Of a DNA stretch of 64,000 nucleotides, positions 36,559-46,000 are shown one piece after another. How positions within the stretch are numbered: the stretch's first letter is position 1; the number at the start of each line of letters is the position of its first letter. Made by a program: the position numbers and the translations under genes. Source of the DNA: Azolla caroliniana. Its lineage: Eukaryota; Plantae; Polypodiophyta. The stretch covers positions 14,818,001 through 14,882,000 of the forward strand of contig JBHGNT010000016.1 of assembly GCA_043228905.1 (NCBI GenBank). Reading direction: 5' to 3'. The notes below the pieces were generated by a model. It made no database searches. It saw nothing but the letters and a program-made list of their open reading frames with translations, and was not told the origin of the DNA.

Positions 36559-39454
36559 GTATTTTGCAAAATAACTGTCATTAGGATACTTTCCTCGAAG
36601 GTGATCATAAAGATTTGATGATATTTCAATGAAACTAAGTATGTTAACTTCATGGATGCGACTTAGTGCATCAGCGACAGTGTTCATGGAACCTTTACGA
36701 TATCGTATGGAAAAATCAAAGTCCCGGATGAGATCAGCCCATCGTGCCTTACGACCTTTCAGGTCTTGTTGGTCACAAAAATATTTCAAGGACTCGTGGT
36801 TCGTAGTTACCACAAAGCAATTTCCATAAAGATAATGGTGCCATGTTTTGAGCGCATGTATAACTCCAAATAATTCCTTTTCTTGAACGGTATACCGACA
36901 TTGAGAAGAGTCAAGTTTCCTACTCTTGAATGCTATTGGTTTACCATCTTGATATAAGACAGCACCTATAGCATAATCGCTTGCATCGGTTTCAACCTCA
37001 AAAGGTTTTGAAGGATCGAGTAAAAGAAGTGAAGGAGCCTTGCACACCTGGTCCTTGAGTTCCTTGAAGGCGAGGTCTAGTGTAGCATTCCAGACAATAG
37101 GTTTTGTAGACTTAGGCATTTGACCTTTTAGAAGATCAGTAAACGCCATCGTCAATTGGGAGTAATTACGAAGGGACTTTCGCAAAAACCCGACAAAACC
37201 AAGGAATGATCGAACTTCTCGAATGTTCCGAAGAGTGGACCAAAGCTTGATTTTCTCGATGCGAGAAGGATCAATTTCAACTCCTCGTTCGGTTATGAGA
37301 TGTCCAAGATAAGTAATTGATTTCTTGAAGAACTCACATTTTGAGATCTTCGAATAAAACTGTTTGTCACGCAATGTTTGTAAAACAAAGCGGACATGTT
37401 TAGCATGTTCATGTAATGTATGGCTATAAACTAAAATATCATCCAAGAAAATAACGACAAATTTTCCAAGTTGTTCTCGGAAAATGTCATTCATTTCTTG
37501 TTGAAATGTAGCCGGAGCATTGGTCTAACCAAAAGGCATAACCAAAAACTCATACTAGCCATAGCGCATACGAAATGCCGTTTTAGGAACATCGTCCTCA
37601 CTTATACGTAATTGATGGTAGCCAGTACAGAGATCAAGTTTCGTAAAATACCGAGCTCCCTGGAGACGGTCAATTAGATCGTCAGCCCGGGGCAATGGAT
37701 ACGAATTCTTGATCGTCACTTTATTCAAGCGTCGGTAATTAATGCACATACGCCATGTGCCCTCTTTCTTTTTAACCAAGAGAACTGGTGCACCCCATGG
37801 AGATTTACTATAACGTATATAACGCATTTGTAAATAGTCCTTGAGTTGCTTAGATACCTCATCCTCTTTGGATCGACTTAAGCAATAAGGAGGTATACTT
37901 ATTGGTGCAACGCCTGGTACAATATCTATACGATGGTCTATATTACGTTTAGGAGGTAACCCATCTGGTAGTTCACTCGGAAAAACATCACGAAACTCAT
38001 TTAAGATTTCATCAAGTTGTTGTTGTTCAAAATATGTTAATTGAACCGAGACATTATCGATATTGTAAACGTGAATGTCCGGATCAAGTACACAATAAAA
38101 TAGAGTAGAACAAGACAACTCGGATATTGGTGGAGAGGAAATAATCGAGAGGGATTGGTTTTTTACACATTGAATAAAATGAGTACAATCATTCAGTACA
38201 AAGGAAATGGAATGATGAACCCAATTGATAGATAAAGAAGAGTTTTTTATTATTATTATAGTGGTACAAAGATTCATTACATGGAAGCCTACTTCCTCTA
38301 TGTAAGTATCAATAATGTATTGTACTCTTCCATCAGTCAAGTGCACCGTATAGGTGTGATCACTTACGTTGGGTTGGATTCCCCATATCTGAACCAAACG
38401 ATCATTCACAAAATTGTGTGAGCTTCCCGAATCAAACAAAAATTGTACAGGAGATCCATTGATATACCCGTTTGCACGTAGTAAATCATTGGGACCGAAT
38501 ACATTGTGAGGGAAAGAACATTGACAATTACTTAAATGATGCGTATAGAACTAAAGGACATTAGGAATCTAACCTTCATGGTCTGCAGCTTTAGCTTTGC
38601 TGTCATGCTCTTTCCGTTGGAGCTTTCGACATTTCTCTTTTGTATGACCCTTCTTTTTGTAGGATACGCAAAAAGGATGTTGTCGCTTACAATCGCAATC
38701 CATGAATTCATTGGGTGTCTTGCGTTTCCCAACGAATTGTGACTGCTTAGTCCCGGGCGCTTCGTTGGGTTTGTTGTAGCCCTTCTTCGAAGTGCGTAGA
38801 TAGCAAAGAATTATTTCAACGGCCTCTTCGAAGGATTTTGGATCCTTATCGTGCACTATCCAGTGATAGTCCGAATTGGGGATGCCATTGACAAAACAAG
38901 CTATTAACCAGTTGTCCCCTTCTAGACCCGATTTTTGGATTTGGGTTCTAGCATGGTGGACATAGTCTTCTAGAGAGGAAAATTTCCGACTAGAGAGGTT
39001 CATTAAAGCTTGTGCTGCCTCGGTTCGAGAGGGAGGTTGCAGAAATTGGCCCTTGAAAACTGTGACAAAATCTCTCCAAGTATTGGGCAATTTCCCCAAA
39101 GTACGGAGCCCACACCACCAGGCGGCGGCCTTACCCCCTAGTTCTCGGCCGACATATGCAATCTTCGTATTATATGGCGTGGGATAGAGCTCAAAATGAG
39201 ACTCCCATCAGCACAGCCACGTGCAGATTGCTTATTCGGTTCTTTCATTTTTGTCTCCCGTAAATGGCTTAACGACAAACGATGGTTCACCCTGTCGCTC
39301 ATCAGGTCTATTAGTCTCACGTTGTAGAGTAATGACACGTGCCTCGACAGCACTTTGAGATTGCCGAAGTTTGGTCATCTGTTGAGCGGTGAAACTAAGG
39401 TATTGGGTTATTTGCGAAAAATACATCTCAATGGACATTTGTCCAAGAGGATTT

Positions 39455-39874
39455 TGTTATTCGCTTAGCCGGACAAGGCCTAACACAAGGTGTCACGGAG
39501 ACACTTCACCAAAGGGTGATTACGGCATAGGATTAAGATTCAACGATTCCACCAACTTACGTAGGTTACACGATTAGAATGCTTTGGTTAATTACACGCG
39601 TAAGATATAACAGTAATTACAGAACGGAAATCAAGACAGAAGTATAAACATCATAAGCTCTATTAATTATCCGCTGTCATTACAATGGGTTCCGGGCCTT
39701 TAAATAGGTTTCCGGCCCGTAGTACAAAACGGTGCCTCTCGCACCTATTCGGGATCCGTCCGGATCTGGAACGGCATACCGTTTCCAGTCCGTCCGTCCA
39801 CACTATGCTCATTTACAACCATATCTAATTAATTCCTTCACTCCGTATTTTGGACTCCTTGCCGGCCGGTAACA
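39455..39874 (-). repeat. 3' LTR
   Basis: TGTTA...TAACA; preceded by GATTT. Confidence 0.97.
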
Positions 39875-39926
39875 CATGGCACTCCCGTGGGACAGTACCT
39901 TGTACGTCGAACCCTTCTCGGCCCCT

Positions 39927-42926
39927 TCATTGTTCACCCAAATTGTCCAAATTACTTTGTTCAAGAATTTCCATTTGTTCTTCCGGTTGTGGTTGTTGCG
40001 GCTGTGCTTGCTGCTGCTGCTGTGGTTGCGGTTGGGACTGAGGCTGCTCCGGCTGCTCTGCTTGCTGCTGCTGCTCCGTTTGTTCCGCTGACGCCGGCTG
40101 CTCCGTTTGTCTCTCTGACTCCGGCATCTCCGTTTGACTGCTTCCGGTCCGGTCTCCTTCCAGTAACGGTTCCTCATCACTGAGGTTGACCGTAACCGGT
40201 TCTCGTTCTTTCTCTCCCCGGATCCGGGACCTCTCGTAGCTTTCAAACTGGATCTGCGCCTCCAGCCTGTCGTCGTCCAGCTGAGCTACAAGTTGCCGGA
40301 CTTGCTCTAGTTGGTCCTCTGCCAAGGCTTGAAAGTCTTCGGCTAGCTCATCTCTTATGCCGGTGAAGTCTTCGGAATTCAGCATATAGCAATCATCTCC
40401 CTCCTTCCGCCGGTTCTCTACGTCGGCCCGGTGCAATTGGAGTTCCGCCGCGTTCGTGGCCCACTTGGTCCACCATTTGACGGAACCGTTGTCAATCAAG
40501 CTCTTAGTCTGGTTCAACCAGGCCCGCATGATATCCTGGATGCGACTTGCTCCCATTTGTGCTCTGCTTTCCACCACTTGTCGCTCCTCCTTCAACTGCT
40601 TGATGAGATTTGCCGTATCCTCCGCCTGCTCTCTGTAGCGCATCAGCTGCCCTTGATATGTCGTTTGCAGCCTCTGCAGTACCTCCGCCGCTCTTTCTTT
40701 TTCCGCCTGCTGTTGCCTGAGGAGCTCTGTCCGAACCTTCTCCGCCTCTTCCAACCGTCTTCTGTTTTCCGCTTGTTCCTTGGCGAATGCGGTTGCGGTC
40801 CGATCAACTGCTTGCCGGAGCTCATCCGTCCGTTCCTTGTGCTCCGTTTGCAACCGTTTATACTCCCGGTGCAATTGCTCAAATTCCTCCGTTTTTTGTT
40901 TGAGCTTACCGTTGATCTGGCGATGGTTCCGGTCCTCCCGGTCCTTTACCTGCCGGAGTTCCTCTTTCAGGCGCTCTACTTCTGTTTCGGCGTTCCTCCG
41001 GAGCCTCTCCTTCTCTTGCAGCATTTTCTCCTTCTCCTCCTTGAGCCGGTCGTACGCTTGGTGGCCTTTCCGTAAGCTCTCCTCGGCCCGGCGTAGATTC
41101 TCAGCAGTCTTTTTGAGTTCTGCCTCCGCTGCCGTCTTCAATTCTCTTTCGCGGCTCCTCAGCGCTTCTTGGGCAGCTAGCTCATCCTTTAAATCTGCAA
41201 GCTCTTGGGCTTGTGCCGCATTTCTCTCCGGAACGGTTTCCGTTGCCGGGGTCTGATTGCTATGTACAGGTTGATCTGCCGCTTTATTCTGTACATTGCC
41301 CGGAGTCACCGGTGCTTGGACTTGTGTTGTCAAAGCGATTTGAGCCATTTCCCTTGTGACCCTGTCCAAGTCTTGTTCAAGGCTCCGGATTCTGGACCGG
41401 GCCGTCTCTAGATCTACGGTTGTGACGAGCAACCGTTCCTGGTGCGCTCTCTCTTCCGCCTCTATATACTCGACCGCTCCGGCGATTTGCTCGCCTACCC
41501 ACCGTAGCCACATGCTACTGGTGCCTTGTTGCTGTACTGGTCGGGTCGGCTCATTCCCTGTGGAATTGTCTGGCCTGAGTGCCTGCATATGCCGTTTTGG
41601 TTCTACTCCTTGGCCGCCGTGTGTGCTGGCTGGGCTCGCCGGCTGTTGAGTTCCGGTTCTCGCCGTCTCCGGAGCCGTTGGACTGACTTCTTCTACAGAA
41701 GTCGACAAGACCGGTTCCCTACGCACCGGTTCCGGTTCCTCCCTTGTGGTTTGCTCAGGTTGAGTTGGGGGCGTTTCTGCCTCTCGCGGGTACGACCGCT
41801 CCCCTCCTGTCTCGGCGGTCCTACTTCTTGACCGTCGTTGGAGGTGCTCTTCTGGCTCCTCCGTTTCCTCTTCCTGTGTCACGGCATGTTTCTGTGCCGT
41901 CAAGGGTTCCGGTTCCTTCTGTCCCGGTCTCCGTATGGTTATCTTGACGGGTCGGACTGGTGACACCTCCTCCGGTTCTGGGACCCGTTTCTTCCCTTTC
42001 GTCGCCTTCGACGCCAGCAGCTGCTGTCGTTTGGACGCCGGCTTCGAGGTGCTTCCTTCCGATACTCTTGGCCGCTTCTTTGGCTGAACGGTCTCGACCG
42101 GCGGCACGAGCAATGTTATCCACTGAGCGACGGCATGCCACAGCTTCCGGCCCTCCTTGCCGTCCTTTCCTCGTACCATGTCGATTGCCACGCACAAACC
42201 ATCTGCAATCAACACCGGCCAATCCACCTTGGTCCCTTCATAGGTGGCTATGATCATCCCTGCCCGATTTTTTGGCATGACAGGGGGTCGGGGGTACACG
42301 TGGCCGTACTCATGGAGCACTCGAGCTATCTCCCTGAACAGCGGATCTTCGCCGCCCTGCGTTCGATAGCCTTTGCCGGCAACAGAGTACTCACCGAAAT
42401 ATCGGGTGAGTTGCTCCGAGGTTGGATTATCAATCTGAAAAATTCCTCCCTCCGGAAGGCCTGTTAGCGCACGGATCGCTTCCTCGATGATGACTTCCTT
42501 GTCGAGCTCCTTGATGACCTGGTCGGCTTCTCTGTGCGGTGGTGCTTCCATGATGGCCAAGAAGCCCTCCAGTCCGTGTTGCCTGAACCATTTCCTGGCC
42601 GCTTCCGACAGCGTTTGTGGTTCCATGTCTGCTTCGAGGTCGAGGAAAGATGGCGAGGTAGAGTGGTGATGAGAGTGAGGACGAGAGAGAGAGCGTTCTG
42701 AACGTGGGGGTTCTCTGCGTGCAGGTTCGCGTTTGCTCAGCTTCCACTGTCTTGGTGCTTCTGTGCTTCTTGGCTCACGAAATGAAAAGGTCTCCATGCG
42801 TTCTGCTTCTTCTTTGTGCGTTTTGGCGCCTTTTTCGAGCATGCACACGTCGTGTACCAATTTAGTATTAAGTAGCGTGGCGTCTCTTAAATGCCCACTA
42901 CGTACCTTTTCGCTCCTTGCTTTCAC
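39927..42926 (-). CDS. Extra ORF (up to 999 aa) downstream of pol: globular N-domain, Pro/Glu linker, long coiled coil, Gln-rich tail
   Basis: 3-kb open frame, same sense as gag-pol, between integrase and the 3' LTR. The listed start is GTG, so the true start may be a later ATG. Confidence 0.85.
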   Translation of the reverse strand: MKARSEKVRSGHLRDATLLNTKLVHDVCMLEKGAKTHKEEAERMETFSFREPRSTEAPRQWKLSKREPARREPPRSERSLSRPHSHHHSTSPSFLDLEADMEPQTLSEAARKWFRQHGLEGFLAIMEAPPHREADQVIKELDKEVIIEEAIRALTGLPEGGIFQIDNPTSEQLTRYFGEYSVAGKGYRTQGGEDPLFREIARVLHEYGHVYPRPPVMPKNRAGMIIATYEGTKVDWPVLIADGLCVAIDMVRGKDGKEGRKLWHAVAQWITLLVPPVETVQPKKRPRVSEGSTSKPASKRQQLLASKATKGKKRVPEPEEVSPVRPVKITIRRPGQKEPEPLTAQKHAVTQEEETEEPEEHLQRRSRSRTAETGGERSYPREAETPPTQPEQTTREEPEPVRREPVLSTSVEEVSPTAPETARTGTQQPASPASTHGGQGVEPKRHMQALRPDNSTGNEPTRPVQQQGTSSMWLRWVGEQIAGAVEYIEAEERAHQERLLVTTVDLETARSRIRSLEQDLDRVTREMAQIALTTQVQAPVTPGNVQNKAADQPVHSNQTPATETVPERNAAQAQELADLKDELAAQEALRSRERELKTAAEAELKKTAENLRRAEESLRKGHQAYDRLKEEKEKMLQEKERLRRNAETEVERLKEELRQVKDREDRNHRQINGKLKQKTEEFEQLHREYKRLQTEHKERTDELRQAVDRTATAFAKEQAENRRRLEEAEKVRTELLRQQQAEKERAAEVLQRLQTTYQGQLMRYREQAEDTANLIKQLKEERQVVESRAQMGASRIQDIMRAWLNQTKSLIDNGSVKWWTKWATNAAELQLHRADVENRRKEGDDCYMLNSEDFTGIRDELAEDFQALAEDQLEQVRQLVAQLDDDRLEAQIQFESYERSRIRGEKEREPVTVNLSDEEPLLEGDRTGSSQTEMPESERQTEQPASAEQTEQQQQAEQPEQPQSQPQPQQQQQAQPQQPQPEEQMEILEQSNLDNLGEQ

Positions 42927-43004
42927 ACCCGTTCATACCTCGATTTTTAATGATTTTTTTATTTTTTTATTTTCTTTTAAAATTTTTAATGACGGTGTGT
43001 GACC

Positions 43005-46000
43005 TTACACATCCGTAGGTCCCTTCGGACCCTGACCGTTTTCCTTACGGGTTGCCGTGTCTTCCTTCGTCTCTGCTACGGGTTCCCCGTCGTCTTTTTC
43101 TTCCGGATCGATCCGTACCGATCCCGGGCAGGTTCCCGGTATAGTGCCGGTTTGCTGCATAAACGGGTTCTTTGGCATCGGTCCTTTATAGGGCTTTAGT
43201 CGAAATCCGTTCACCCACTTGCCTAGTACTTCACCGGCAAGTGTCCCTATCTGATAGGACCCGTTGTATTCCCGTGTCAGCCAATACGGGCCTGTCCATC
43301 TGAACCGGAGTTTACCCGGCATCTTGCCCATCCTCGTTTGGAATACTAGAACCGGCTTTCCGATTTCGAACATCTTTTCGTTACCTTTCCGGTGACGGTC
43401 AACGAACGCTTTCCGTCGTCGTTGCTCCAGCTCCATGTGGAGGATGCTGGCCAGCCGCTGCTCCTCCAGTTCACATAGTGCTGCTAGCCGCATTTCCTCC
43501 GACTTCTTTTCATTCAGCCGTTCCCGTAGTTGGATCCGTAAGCTTGGTACCTGAAACTCCACCGGCATGACCGCTTCTAAGCCGAATGCTAGCCGGAACG
43601 GCGTTGTCCGGATACTTGTTTTGTATGCCGTTCTGTACGCCCATAGCGCGCTATGGAGCTTTGTATCCCAGTCCGTCCGGTTTTCGTTGACGATTTTGCG
43701 GAGAATGTTCTGCAGCGTTTTGTTGGTGGACTCTGCTAACCCGTTCGCCTGTGGGTAGTACGGTGTGCTTCGTTTATGGACCACGGCATAGAACGTTGTT
43801 AAGCTTTCCACTACCTGGCCGAGGAAGTGCCCTCCTTGGTCGCTGATTAATTCAATCGGACATCCATATCGGCACCAAATGTTCTCGTACAAGAATTTTG
43901 CTGTGGATGACGCGGTGTTGTCTCTCAGGGCCTTAGCTTCCACCCATTTAGTGCAATAATCCGTTGCCACGATGACATAACGATTACCCGTTCTCATTGC
44001 CGGTGGCTTGAACGGTCCGACAAAATCCAACCCCCACTTCTGGAATGGCTCTAGTGGAAGTACCGGTTGGTGTGGCATCCGTGCTTGCTCCGTAGGCTGG
44101 CCCATTCGTTGGCATAGGTCACATTCCTTAGCATACTTGACGGCGTCTTTTAACGTCATGGGCCACCATAAGCCGCTCTGCCATACTTTCCTTGCCGTCG
44201 CTTCCCCGGCATAGTGTCCTCCGGCAACCCCACAGTGTGCTTCCCGTAAGATTACTTCTTTCTCGTCACTACGGACTGCCCGTCTCCATATTCCATCTGC
44301 TCCTTTGTGGTAGAGAGTGTCCCGTAACAGACAGAAATTGCGGCTCTGCACCGCCAGTCGTTTCCTCTCGTCCCGGTTCATTTCCTCCGGTGGCAGGCCC
44401 GTGCTTAGGAACTGGTGCATGTTTGTCAGCCATTTATCTTCTGATGCCACCGTGTCGTCCGCTGCCGTTTCCGGGGTGATACAGAATAACTCCGCGTCCG
44501 GGAATTCATCCGCTACTCCGTCGCCTGGTTCTCCGGACTCTAACCGGCTCAGGTAGTCTGCTACGGCATGCTGGATACCGGGCCGGTGGAAAATCTCGAA
44601 TTCGAACTCCTGCAACAGCAAGGTCCAACGGGCCAACTTACCAGTCAAGGACGCCTTGGAAACTAAGTAGAGGAGCGCCGAGTGATCCACATGGAAGGAG
44701 AACTTCCTTCCCAATAGGTAATGACGAAACTTTGTTACACTGTAGATCATGCCCAGGGCCTCCCGTTCCGTCGTTGAATAGTTCTTCTCCGCTTGGGACA
44801 GCTTCCGGCTGGCGTAATATACCGGCCGGTACCATTTAGGCTCCGTAAGTTGCATTAAGGCGCTGCCAATAGCGATGTCGGAAGCGTCCACGAACACATG
44901 AAATTCCTTGCTCCAATCCGGAGGCTGCACGACGGGTGCTTGCGATAAAAGTACCTTCAGGGCATTGTATGCCTTATCCTCCGTATCCGTCCATTGGAAC
45001 GGTGTCCGATGTACCGCGGTGTGTAATGGTGTAGCCAAGTCAGCCAAGTGACGGAGCATCCGGTTGTGCCACCGGATCTGTCCTAAGAATCGGCTTAGTG
45101 CTTTGGCCGTTTTCGGCGCCGGTGCCCCTAGTATGGCGTTTACTTTGTCCGGGTCGACCACAATGCCCTCCTTACTTACAATGTGTCCCAGCAATATTCC
45201 ACTTGAAACCCCAAAGATGCATTTTGCTGGGTTTAAGCTTAGCCGGTATAACCTACACTTTTCAAGGCATAACCGTAGGTGCTGCAAATGGTCTTTTCCC
45301 CGGCTATAGACTGCAAAATCATCCAGGAAAACTTGCATGAAGGCAGGAATGTATTCGCCGAAGATCTCCATGATGATTCGCTGGAAAGTTGCTGGTGCCG
45401 TTTTTAGGCCGAACATCATGACTTCGGCCACAAACACCCCCCATTCGGTCACGAACGCTGTCTTCTCCTGGTCGTCCGGGTTCATCCGGATTTGATTGTA
45501 ACCGCTGAACCCGTCTAAAAAACTATAGACTTCATGACCGGCGACGGCATCCAGTACTCCGTCCGTGAACGGAAGAGGGAATGCATCCGTAATTGTGGCT
45601 GCATTTAGTTTCCTGTAATCTACGCACACACGGATTTTACCGTTCTTCTTGGGGACGACGACGATGGGGCTTAGCCACGTCGCTTTCTTTACCGGCCGGA
45701 TGAAGCCCACTCTTAGGAGTTTGTCGATTTCCTCCTTCACTTTGGCGGCGTAGTTGGGGTTCATTCGGTAACGTCGTTGCGCCACTGGTTTCGCGTCCTT
45801 GCCTAAGTGGATCTGATGCTGATATAATTGAGGGTCCAGCCCTCGCATGTCCTCGTATGACCAGGCGAATACGTCGCGAAACTCCGTGAGAAGTTTGATC
45901 ATCGCCGCTTTATCTTTCGGCTTCATTTCTTTGGCGATGTGAACCGGCTTTGATTCGTCCTTGCTTCCTAGGTTCACTTCGTCGAGCTGGGATGCTTTTA

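Noticed and set aside
39927-42926. Retroviral envelope gene
   Set aside because: No visible signal peptide or transmembrane segment; the protein is highly charged and coiled-coil.
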